A stretch of 64,000 nucleotides of DNA, taken from the NCBI GenBank assembly GCA_046290465.1, contig JBKAGP010000001.1, positions 2,912,001 through 2,976,000 on the forward strand. The letters run 5' to 3'. The position numbers and the translations under genes are program-made. This document shows, in pieces, positions 31,396-39,842 of this stretch (its first letter is position 1; each line of letters begins with the position of its first letter). Below the pieces are notes generated by a model. That model ran no database searches, was not told the DNA's origin, and was given only the letters and a program-made list of their open reading frames with translations. The DNA is from Planctomycetota bacterium. Lineage in GTDB: Bacteria; Planctomycetota; UBA1135; UBA2386.

Positions 31396-31913
31396 GCGTT
31401 TTCCTCGACGGTGATGGCGTCGGCCCACACGGCCTCGAAGTTGGCCTCGTCTTCCTCGTCCTCCGTGAAGATGGCGAGGACCTCGACCGCATTTGGGTAA
31501 CCCCCGAACGTCGGGGCCGTCGCTCGCGCGGCGATCGAGTAGCCGCGCATCCGGACTTCCGAGATCACCCGATCCCAAACCGCTGCTCGAGCCCCAGACC
31601 GCACACCATCGATGAGCAGCACGAGGCCACGCCGGTCGCTCAGCGGACGCACGAACCTAGTGGTGCGCCCAGGATCGACGGCCAACTGTGACCAGGCCAT
31701 GGAAGCCGCAATGACCTCAGGATCGTCCGGCCTAGCTGGCCAAGCCTGATCGAGGTCATCCTCCTGATCCGCTGCCATGATCAAGCCACGATGGACCAGT
31801 TCGCTAATCGCGGACGAAACGCTCAGGCCTTCCCGTCGGGCGAAGGCAACGAGGTCGCTATGCAGGCCCAGGTCGAGACGACAGGCAACAGTGCGCAAGG
31901 CGAACCTGCTCAC
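31392..31913 (-). CDS. RHH domain fused to an unknown domain
   Basis: VACRLDLGLHSDLVAFARREGLSVSSAISELVHRGL, then a domain paralogous to the next gene. Confidence 0.7.
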   Translation of the reverse strand: MSRFALRTVACRLDLGLHSDLVAFARREGLSVSSAISELVHRGLIMAADQEDDLDQAWPARPDDPEVIAASMAWSQLAVDPGRTTRFVRPLSDRRGLVLLIDGVRSGARAAVWDRVISEVRMRGYSIAARATAPTFGGYPNAVEVLAIFTEDEEDEANFEAVWADAITVEENA

Positions 31914-32284
31914 TTGCCCTCCTCAGCGATGACCGCGTCAGCCCACAGCTCCATGAACAAGGCCTCTTCGCCGCTGTCATCGCAGAAGATGGCGACGACC
32001 TCTGTGGCTCCGTCGTCAGCCTTGCCGCTGCCGGTAGGCGCGCTTGCTTGAGCGGCGACCTCGTATCCGTGTTCCTGAGCACTCGAGATCACCCGGCGCC
32101 ACACCCGCTCCCTGGCCGGACGCGGCTCTCCGTCGACGAGCAGCATCAGCCCTCGCCGATGTGCAGTTGGAGGAACGAACCGAAGACGACGCGGCTCAGG
32201 GGTGAAGAGGTGGACCCACGCCATCGCACTCGCGATGCCGTGGTAGTCACCCGGTCCGATGGGCCTTCGCTGTGAGCGCGTCAT
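31910..32284 (-). CDS. Hypothetical protein, paralog of the C-terminal domain of 31392..31913
   Basis: Shared AMAW/SMAW, RRGLxLLxDG, VWxRVIS, GYxxAAxAxAPT, EVxAIF, WADA. Confidence 0.7.
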   Translation of the reverse strand: MTRSQRRPIGPGDYHGIASAMAWVHLFTPEPRRLRFVPPTAHRRGLMLLVDGEPRPARERVWRRVISSAQEHGYEVAAQASAPTGSGKADDGATEVVAIFCDDSGEEALFMELWADAVIAEEGK

Positions 32285-32294
32285 GCCCTCTCTA

Positions 32295-32360
32295 TACTGG
32301 CACATTGTGCCAGTAACAACCCGAAGGGTTAGATCGGTCCGCGTTTACAGGCGTTTACAA
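32295..32360. promoter_or_regulatory. Candidate oriT/operator region upstream of the mob operon
   Basis: Perfect IR TACTGGCACA-T-TGTGCCAGTA (32295-32315), AACCC-GAA-GGGTT hairpin, tandem GCGTTTACA x2 (32341-32359). Confidence 0.45.
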
Positions 32361-32397
32361 CGATCGGGTATTCCGCCCAGGCGGCCGGCAAAGTGGA

Positions 32398-33252
32398 CTA
32401 GGCATTCGATTCCTCAGCTAGCTCGAGCCTAGGGAGGGCAACCGACGCCTTCCCGATTCGCTGCCGCCCGTTTGCTTCGGCCACTCGGAAAACGAACCGA
32501 CCAACGGGGCATCCCGGAGACTTGACGTGGTAGAGCACCCCGGGCTTGCCAGTCTTCGGATCCTTGAGGTGCAGGTCGCCAAGCCCCTGCAACAAGAGAC
32601 GAAGCCGGGCAGCGAAGCGAGAGTTCGACTCGAACGACCCGAAGTGCCCGATCGCGTCGCCCGCACCGTGCACCTGTTCGTTGACCGCGTCCAGCCACGC
32701 CTGGACATCTCGCCTAGCAGGTTTGAGATCGCCGGTGACAACAGCCCAAGCTGCTCCCGCAGCACGTTCGAACGCGTCATCGAGGAGCTTCGCCGGTGCC
32801 ACGCGACTACGGTCAGCCAACTCGCGAGCGCTTGAGTCTGCATCGCCGGCGATTGCCGGCAACTGCGCAAGAGCCTCCCCGCGTCCGGCTAGCGAGACCC
32901 TGTAGCGCGCAACATCGGCTACCTCGATACGCAGGAGCTTTGCCTCGCTGAGAATCCCGAGGCACGCCTGTGCCTCAACGTCATCGATGCCGAGCGCCAA
33001 CGCGACGTCCGACAAGCTCGCACCTCCACGATGGTCAACGGCAAAGAACCAGCTCAGCATTCTCCTCAACAGAAGCGGGCGCTCTCCCTTGATGCTCGTA
33101 AAGAGGCTCGCAGCCTCACCACCTTCGCCCCGATCTCCTAGCCGGTCAGCCTGCTGCTTCCCTATGACGAACTCATCGCCCGCCCTCGACTGGCTTGTAG
33201 CCTCCTCGGAAGCAACGCTCTTCGATCCGTCGTTCTTCTTCTGTTTGCTCAC
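32398..33252 (-). CDS. Hypothetical protein with winged-HTH-like segment
   Basis: ASLSDVALALGIDDVEAQACLGILSEAKLLRIE. Confidence 0.6.
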   Translation of the reverse strand: MSKQKKNDGSKSVASEEATSQSRAGDEFVIGKQQADRLGDRGEGGEAASLFTSIKGERPLLLRRMLSWFFAVDHRGGASLSDVALALGIDDVEAQACLGILSEAKLLRIEVADVARYRVSLAGRGEALAQLPAIAGDADSSARELADRSRVAPAKLLDDAFERAAGAAWAVVTGDLKPARRDVQAWLDAVNEQVHGAGDAIGHFGSFESNSRFAARLRLLLQGLGDLHLKDPKTGKPGVLYHVKSPGCPVGRFVFRVAEANGRQRIGKASVALPRLELAEESNA

Positions 33253-33580
33253 GATCTACGCCATCTGCATCCGGTCTGCGCCGAGGCGAGCCTAAGACCC
33301 CCGACGCGGATGGCAAAGCACACCGACCCGAGAACCGTGTCCGACAACGCGTAAACATCGCGCCCCGCCACGCTCGTCGCGTTTACACCGGCAACTCCGC
33401 TCCTCGCCCCGACTTCCCCCGATCCGCCCGCACTGGGCGTAAACACGCCGTTGACGCCGCGAGTCACCATCACGTCTCGACTTACCGCAGGACACCGCCG
33501 CGGCGTCCGCACCGCCAGGTGCATCGGGTGTGTTCCTTGTTCCTCGTTCCCTGTTCTTCGCATGGGCTATAGGGGGAGGC

Positions 33581-33973
33581 ATGGTTCTAGAACATCATGT
33601 CACGGGACTGCGCGAAGAACGCCAACGCCTGCAGGCGGAGGCCGACGGCGTAAGGGCGTCACTCCTGAAGCTCGAAGAGCAGCTGCAGCGCGTCGAAACG
33701 GCGCTCGCCGCGCTCACGGGTAGCGAGAAGGTCAAGAAGAAGAAGTCGGCCGGAACCGGCGTGAAGACCACGGAGGTCATCGCAGAGATGGCGGCGCTGC
33801 TGCAGGACGGAGCGCTTCACGAAGAAGAGCTCTCGAAGCGCGTCGCGGACAACCTGAAGGCGAAGGGCAAGACGCGAACAGGTCTCGCGCTCCGCTTCAG
33901 ACAGGCGCTGAAGCACGAGAGCTTCGAACACAAGGGCGACGCCGTGGCGCTCGCTCCGAAGCGCCAGGCGTAG
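33581..33973 (+). CDS. Small coiled-coil plus basic (wHTH-like) protein
   Basis: RBS GGGGGAGG; heptad N-terminus, KKVKKKK linker. Confidence 0.7.
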   Translation: MVLEHHVTGLREERQRLQAEADGVRASLLKLEEQLQRVETALAALTGSEKVKKKKSAGTGVKTTEVIAEMAALLQDGALHEEELSKRVADNLKAKGKTRTGLALRFRQALKHESFEHKGDAVALAPKRQA

Positions 33974-33986
33974 CCGCTTGCTTGTG

Positions 33987-34688
33987 CTACGACGTCTTCT
34001 CAAAGACCACGCAGTACTCGTGCTTGATGGGGACGTGCTTCATGCGCGCGTAGGTGCGTCCATCGGACTTGCAGTTGTGCTGCGTCTTGATGATCACCGA
34101 CCGCATCGCGCCCAGGCATGGCTCCATGTTCATCACGTCTCTGCCTAGCGCGTAGTAACCACCCGCTCGCCGAACATCCGCGACCAAGACGGCGAGGTGT
34201 CCACCAAAGGCAAGCGACTCGTAGGCGTTCCGCAGGCAGACCGTCAGCTTCGTGATGAACCGCTTGTAGTGGGCCTCCGAACTCAGGTCTTTCTCGCCAC
34301 CACCGTAGCTGACGATGTTGAAGTAGGGCGGGTGCACCCACACGAAGTCGAACTCACCTCGCGGCTGCTCCTCGTAGAGGTCGAAGCCCTTCTTCAGGTC
34401 GCCGCCCCAGTAGCGGATTCGACTCCCCGTCGCCTCGTTGAGCCCCGCAATGACGTCTCGGGTCGTTCCGGAACCCATCATCGGGTCGGCAACCCGTTTC
34501 GCGCGGTAGCGCAAGACGAGCTCCTTGAACAACGTGCCATCGCAGTTGCCCCGGTAGCGAGCGTCACCCCAGAGGTTGCACCGCTTGGGATAGGACACTA
34601 CCGAGCTAAGTCCGGCCGTCGCTGCGTAGGGCGACACCTCGTTGCTCATGGGGTCGAGGGTTGGTGTTGATGTTGCGTTCTCTCTCAT
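33987..34688 (-). CDS. Orphan DNA amino-methyltransferase (N4-C/N6-A type)
   Basis: DPMMGSGTT SAM-binding motif, HPPY catalytic motif; RBS AAGGAGG. Confidence 0.85.
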   Translation of the reverse strand: MRENATSTPTLDPMSNEVSPYAATAGLSSVVSYPKRCNLWGDARYRGNCDGTLFKELVLRYRAKRVADPMMGSGTTRDVIAGLNEATGSRIRYWGGDLKKGFDLYEEQPRGEFDFVWVHPPYFNIVSYGGGEKDLSSEAHYKRFITKLTVCLRNAYESLAFGGHLAVLVADVRRAGGYYALGRDVMNMEPCLGAMRSVIIKTQHNCKSDGRTYARMKHVPIKHEYCVVFEKTS

Positions 34689-34706
34689 GCTTTCCTCCTT
34701 GCATGC

Positions 34707-34899
34707 GGCCCGCCCCCTCACCCGAAATGCTGTTTCCCGGTGAGGGGCGCAGGCGGTTCTTCACAGCGCGCTGAGAACGCCGAGCCCCTCCCGAAGGAAA
34801 GAGCCAGACTGAGCGCCTGCCTGCAGGCGCACCAGAAGAGAGAAGCGGCGCGCGGAAGCACCGAAGCGTTGCACGGACCGTGACAGCTTCGCTGGCGCG
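34707..34899. repeat. Structured intergenic element, copy A
   Basis: Colinear similarity to 35396-35583; hairpins GAGGGGC/GCCCCTC and GCGCCTGC/GCAGGCGC; ends in CGTGACAGCTTCGCTGGCGCG. Confidence 0.8.
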
Positions 34900-34963
34900 A
34901 GGACGTGCTGCGAAGGAGCGTGCGCACCACGTGGAGAAACGGTGCGCGAACAACGCCATCGCC

Positions 34964-34993
34964 TGCACGGGCCGTGACAGCTTCGCTGGCGCG
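34964..34993. repeat. Extra copy of the 30-bp terminal motif
   Basis: TGCACGGGCCGTGACAGCTTCGCTGGCGCG, 1 mismatch to 34870-34899. Confidence 0.9.
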
Positions 34994-35086
34994 TCGACCG
35001 TGCTTGCGATGGCGCACGCGCACGATTGAAGCGGCGCATCTCACCCCCTAAGCGGGAAGCCAGCGTGCGCTGGCCTCCCTCGAGGA

Positions 35087-35377
35087 TCAGTAGTCTGCCG
35101 GCAACAGCACCGTCGTCGCCGACCGGTCCGCCTCCGTGATGATCCAGAACTTGGTTCCCGCCGAGCTCCGGTAGACCGAGAACAGCCGGAAGCCCTGCTT
35201 CAACGACAGGTCGTTCTCCTCCCAGTCCTCGGGACAACACTCGCCCCAGTCTCCCTGCACATGGCGGCCCAACGCCGCCTGAATCTCGTCAGGGGGAATC
35301 GCTGCCAGCGCCGCCGGCGTGCTCACAAGACGTCCTAGTGGGAACGTCCGGCCTCTCTTGTCTTCGAATGCATCCAT
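35087..35377 (-). CDS. Small plasmid/ICE-associated conserved protein
   Basis: FPLGRLVSTPAA...RHVQGDWG...FWIITEADRSATTVLLPADY signature; RBS GGAGG. Confidence 0.8.
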   Translation of the reverse strand: MDAFEDKRGRTFPLGRLVSTPAALAAIPPDEIQAALGRHVQGDWGECCPEDWEENDLSLKQGFRLFSVYRSSAGTKFWIITEADRSATTVLLPADY

Positions 35378-35395
35378 GTCGACCTCCGTCGTTTG

Positions 35396-35583
35396 GGCCC
35401 GCCTCCTTCCCCGGTCACGCTTTCCCGTTGAGGGGTGCGGGCAGTTCTTCGCCTCGGCCTCAGAACGCCCGCACCCCATCAGGGAAAGCAGGACGACCGT
35501 GCGCCGTTCGTCGGCGCACCTACCTGGAGAACACGGGCGCGAGCCGCGTGCTATGCAGGTGGCGTGACAGCTTCGCTGGCGCG
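35396..35583. repeat. Structured intergenic element, copy B
   Basis: GGGGTGCGGGC/GCCCGCACCCC, CTTTCCC/GGGAAAG and GTGCGCCG/CGGCGCAC stems; same 21-bp terminal motif. Confidence 0.8.
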
Positions 35584-35696
35584 GCACGTGCCACACGCAG
35601 GGCGAGCGCACCGAGCCGTCATGCCGAGCTGCTGCAGCCGAGCGCGAAAGCGCCCGGCGCCAACAAGGGCGCCGGGCAGGTTGGCAAGGCGTGTCG

Positions 35697-35966
35697 CTAC
35701 TCGCCGTCGTCCGCTTCTGCCTCGGCGGCCTGCGCCGACTGCATCAGCATGTACGAGTGGACCTCGTTGGCGACCTTCGCCAGCAGCAGCAGGTCCTCGC
35801 GCCCGAAGCTCGAGGACCGACGCCAGCTGCCTTCCGAATCCCGGTAGAGCGTGTGGAAGCTCGCCGAGTAGAAGCTCCCACCGTTCTTGGCCTCGTTCTG
35901 CCAGATGGACGCCTTCACGCCGCCCATCCTGATCTCGTGCACTGGTCTGTTGTTCTCTTCCATCAT
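35697..35966 (-). CDS. Small conserved protein, putative PC4/Whirly-like ssDNA-binding fold
   Basis: PVHEIRMGGVKASIWQN...LYRDSEGSWRRSSSFGREDL; RBS AAGGAGG. Confidence 0.7.
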   Translation of the reverse strand: MMEENNRPVHEIRMGGVKASIWQNEAKNGGSFYSASFHTLYRDSEGSWRRSSSFGREDLLLLAKVANEVHSYMLMQSAQAAEAEADDGE

Positions 35967-36285
35967 TTCCTCCTTCAGATGGTTGGTTACACGTCTGTTC
36001 GGAGGGCACGCGCGCGCCGAGGAGGCGCCGGGTCAAGGAGGAACGCAGGCCGAAGGCCGAGTAGTCCTTGCACGCGGCGACCGACAGGCGCGAGAACGGC
36101 CCGGGAGCAGACGTGTGGCCATCCCTGAAGATGACGATGGCAGACCGAACGACATGTGCACGGAACCGAATGGGCGCGAAGGCGCCGCCGGAGACGAGGT
36201 GCCAGGTGGAGCGCGGTCGCTGCTTGCCTTCTATCGGAACATCGGAAAGAACCTGGTCGCCCGTTTCGGGCGACGTGGGTTTGGA

Positions 36286-36552
36286 CTACCGCTTCGGCGA
36301 AGTCGCACGCAGGAACGCCTCACGGAGTGCTTCTGCCATCGGCAGGAGCTCCGCGACGCCCAGCGACTGCGACTCCTTCCACTCCTCGCCGTCCTTGTAG
36401 AGACGGGTCGGGACGAAATTGAGCATCTCGCCGTTCTGGGTCTTGTTGAGCCAGACGACGACCTTGCAACGGCCGTAGCGAACCTCATCGATCGGTCGCT
36501 CGGCCTTCTGGGTTTGGCGGTCCTCGGGACCACCGGGAGAGCTGTAGCTCAT
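36286..36552 (-). CDS. Paralog of 35697..35966
   Basis: PIDEVRYGRCKVVVWLN...RLYKDGEEWKESQSLG; RBS GGAGG. Confidence 0.7.
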   Translation of the reverse strand: MSYSSPGGPEDRQTQKAERPIDEVRYGRCKVVVWLNKTQNGEMLNFVPTRLYKDGEEWKESQSLGVAELLPMAEALREAFLRATSPKR

Positions 36553-36648
36553 ACGCATACCTCCATTCGGTTGCGCAGCGCTCCGGCTCTACCTGGCTGT
36601 CCTTGGTTATGAGCCGCCGGCACACGCGTGTGCGGTAGCACACTCGCG

Positions 36649-37587
36649 TCAGGCCACGGCCTCGGCCCACGACTCCCGCATCTGCCTCGCCCGCTCCTGA
36701 ATCCGCAAGAACTCCGGGCACCTAGACCGCACGGTTACAGACGGCACCGGATCTGCTCGCCGAGCGCTCGCCGGCCTCGGGTTCGCCAACATCGCCACCA
36801 GTGCTCCGCCTCTCTCGACCAACGCAAAGGGGAAGCCTCTCCTGTTGAGGATCTCTGTTTTGGGATCTCTGTTATCTAGCGTTGTCGAAAACGCATCAGG
36901 GGCGTTGTCAGAAACCGGCGGGGGCGTTGTCGTTTTTTGCCGCGAGCGCCATCGCCGACCTACATGCGACGTCATCGTCACCAGCGAACCGTCGACGAAC
37001 AGACAGCCGTTGGCGTTCTCATTGGCCTGCCGTACCTCGAGTGCCTGCAGGTAGCCGCGCCGCCGCAGCCTCTCGACGGCTCGACATAGCGTCGACCGCC
37101 CACACCCAGAGAGCGCAGCCAGGTCCGCGTATCGAAACCGCGCGTAGCGCTCCCCCTCCAGCAGGCGCGCCCGTCGCTGCCGCTGCTTGAGCCGACGCAT
37201 GCAGTAGTAGAGCAACACGATCGCCTCCGAGCACGCGGCCTGACCCGTCGCAATGTGCTTGGCCATCTTCCGTGAGACCGCGACCTTCTTGCCGCCCTTC
37301 GGGGTGCCCGCCAGCAGGTCACCGAGCTCCTTCTCGAGGCGCTCGATGCGACCGCGCGACAGCTGCTTCGCAGTCGATCGCTTGGCGTTCACGATACGCT
37401 GCATGTCGACGCGACTGCGTGCGTGAAGCGCCCGCTTCTCGAGCATCGCGGCGAAGACGCGCATGCGGTCTTTGCCCAACCGGCGTTCGCGATGCGCGAC
37501 GAGGATCGCCTCCAACTCCGCACGCGTCGCGACGGTGTAGTTGCCCTGGAACTCGTTCCGTTCGATTCCATTCTTTCGTGATGTCAT
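36649..37587 (-). CDS. Basic wHTH protein, possible replication initiator
   Basis: RYADLAALSGCGRSTLCRAVERLRRRGYL HTH; divergent from parA; strong RBS. Confidence 0.6.
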   Translation of the reverse strand: MTSRKNGIERNEFQGNYTVATRAELEAILVAHRERRLGKDRMRVFAAMLEKRALHARSRVDMQRIVNAKRSTAKQLSRGRIERLEKELGDLLAGTPKGGKKVAVSRKMAKHIATGQAACSEAIVLLYYCMRRLKQRQRRARLLEGERYARFRYADLAALSGCGRSTLCRAVERLRRRGYLQALEVRQANENANGCLFVDGSLVTMTSHVGRRWRSRQKTTTPPPVSDNAPDAFSTTLDNRDPKTEILNRRGFPFALVERGGALVAMLANPRPASARRADPVPSVTVRSRCPEFLRIQERARQMRESWAEAVA

Positions 37588-37932
37588 CCTCTCCTCCGAT
37601 GGATGCGGGAGCAGGCATGCGACACAGGTCGCCTCGATAGAGGCGTTGACGAACGCGGCGGAAACGCGCTAGGGTCGAACTGTCAGCTACGAACAGGATC
37701 CACGCGGTCCTCCATGCAAGAGCAGCCCATGCGGCTGCTTTTTCTTTGCCCGATGGGCAACGTCCGGTCCTACATCGGCGCCTCCCCAAGTTGATTGCAC
37801 GGCTCGCAACACGAGCCCGATCTCACCCTTGCCCAGGTCGACGATTCGCGCAAGACCCGTTCTCGCCTGCATCCCGAGAGGCGTCACCGATGGGCGGCTC
37901 CAACGAAGTCGCGCACTTGCCAGAAGAGCGAC

Positions 37933-37960
37933 CTAGCAAGCTAGCTACCGAGCTTGCTAG
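37933..37960. promoter_or_regulatory. Inverted repeat upstream of parA (candidate parS/operator)
   Basis: CTAGCAAGCT-N8-AGCTTGCTAG perfect 10-bp IR. Confidence 0.55.
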
Positions 37961-38045
37961 CACGCCACCTCGCTCACTTTCCATCTTGCGTGCTCGCTCG
38001 ATCTGTGAGCAAACTGCGAACAGGGCATCAACTGAGGAGGGCACC

Positions 38046-38714
38046 ATGATCATCTCGTTCGTCAACCAGAAGGGGGGCGTCGGCAAGTCGACGCTGTCCT
38101 TCCACTTCGCCTGCTGGCTCGCCGCGCGGGGCCGCGCCGTCGGCTTCTTCGACGCCGACACACAGCGCTCGTCTTCGCGCTGGATGGCAGCGCACGAGCC
38201 ATGCATGCCGCTGGATGCGGTAGACCTGACGCGCCCCAACGACATGCCGCGCCAGGTACTCGAACTCGCAGAGGGCCTCGAGTTCGTCATCTGTGATGGA
38301 CCGGGCGGGCTGGGGGAGGTCACCCGCACGCTGCTCGTGCTCTCGGACCTCGCGGTCTTTCCAATATCCGCATCCTTTCTCGACGCCGAGGCGCTGGCCG
38401 AGGCGAAGTCCCAACTTGACTACGCGACCAGCATTCATCCTGCCACGCCTCCGCTCGCCACGGTCGTCCTCAACAAGGTCCCACGACGCTCACGACTCGC
38501 GCGTGATGCGCGTGAAGCCCTCAGCTCGCTAGGCATCGCCGCCTTAGAAGGTTCGGTCCGCGACCTAAACGTGTTCAAGATCGCACCGCAGAACAGAACG
38601 ACAGTCTGGGACCTCGGACGCGCCGGTCAACACGGCGGCGCCGACCTTGAGATTGTGTTCGACGAGCTGATGATGCTCGTGGAGCAACCACGAGCGGAGG
38701 TGGCACATGGCTGA
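38046..38714 (+). CDS. parA: ParA family partition ATPase (short, type Ib)
   Basis: NQKGGVGKST, DADTQRS, ICDGPG; RBS GAGGAGG. Confidence 0.92.
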   Translation: MIISFVNQKGGVGKSTLSFHFACWLAARGRAVGFFDADTQRSSSRWMAAHEPCMPLDAVDLTRPNDMPRQVLELAEGLEFVICDGPGGLGEVTRTLLVLSDLAVFPISASFLDAEALAEAKSQLDYATSIHPATPPLATVVLNKVPRRSRLARDAREALSSLGIAALEGSVRDLNVFKIAPQNRTTVWDLGRAGQHGGADLEIVFDELMMLVEQPRAEVAHG

Positions 38715-39042
38715 ACGCAAGATGTCCGACGCTCTGACCGGCGACCAGAACCCGCCGGCCGTCGGAGACGTCGCCGCGAAGCGACGAGCATTCCTCGACC
38801 CGGAAGTCGGCGCCTTCATTCGTAGCGGCCCCGCCACGAACACACGAACGGCTCCGGCGACCTCCGCGTCTGCCGCCGCAACGCATCCGGACATGCAGCT
38901 CAACACCCGCGTCCCCGCCGACATCTACCAGCGTGCACGTCGAGCTGTCTTCGAGTGCAGGATGAGCGAGGTCGAGCCAAGCACGATTCAGGAACTCGTC
39001 AGCCAGGCACTCCATGCAGAGCTGAAGCGACTGGGATTCTGA
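38707..39042 (+). CDS. Small partition partner, RHH-like (ParG-like)
   Basis: Overlaps the parA stop; flexible N-terminus then QLNTRVPADIYQRARRA...IQELVSQAL. Confidence 0.65.
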   Translation: MAERKMSDALTGDQNPPAVGDVAAKRRAFLDPEVGAFIRSGPATNTRTAPATSASAAATHPDMQLNTRVPADIYQRARRAVFECRMSEVEPSTIQELVSQALHAELKRLGF

Positions 39043-39842
39043 CAGCCCCCGCCAAGCGGCCTGCGCTGGCTGCTGCGCGGTGACTGCCTGAGTTGGTCTC
39101 TCACGCGCGCGTGATGAGAGACCAACACAGACGTCCCGTTCACGACAAGCCATCCGAAGTCCCGGCCGAGCCGAAGCGTCGCGAGTCCGAGCCCATCGCG
39201 GCCGACCAGAACACCTCGCCCGACGACGACCAGGATCGAGACGAGCCAGACCCGCGCCAAGCCGCGCAGATCGAAGCCTTCCTTGCCCAGCAGCGCGCCG
39301 CGATGGGATTCACCTGAAGCGACTGCTGACTCCCGGTCCGGGAGTAGTCACCGGGCGGAGGAAAGAACCGCGCCAGGCGCTTCGCGCCCGCTTCGCCCTT
39401 CGGGTCACGGTTCTATCCTCTTCGCCCTACACAACTGTCGATCCACGCTCAGATGCCAGAAGGCCCTCCCTCTGAACTCACCTACGGCAACTGCGCCGAC
39501 CAGAACAACCGGGCTGCGCACCGCGCCCGCCGGCGTGGCCCTGCCTTCTGACGAAGGCCCACACCGACGAACGGCTCCAACGGCAGCTGAAAACTCGACG
39601 ACGCCGATTTGCGTAAGGAACCAGGACGTGTCACTCTCGAGGTGTTGATGCTCGGGTTCGCCTGGGCAGTGTTCTTTCTCTGCCGCCTTCGGGCGGCAGT
39701 TTCTCGGGTAGTCCGTCCAATAAAGGTTCTGAGCGTCGTTTCGACGCTCACCAGACTGCGCATCCCCTCCGGACCTGGGGTTAGCGACTCGTCCGCCATC
39801 GCGGGCGCGGCGCCAACCCCAGGCCGCAACCAAGGAGGCGGA

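Noticed and set aside
33987..34688. Restriction-modification system
   Set aside because: No adjacent endonuclease recognised; treated as an orphan protective methyltransferase
34870..35583. Three 30-bp repeats as a CRISPR array
   Set aside because: Spacings are 64 and 560 nt, one interval contains a gene, and no cas genes are present; better explained as part of the duplicated structured element
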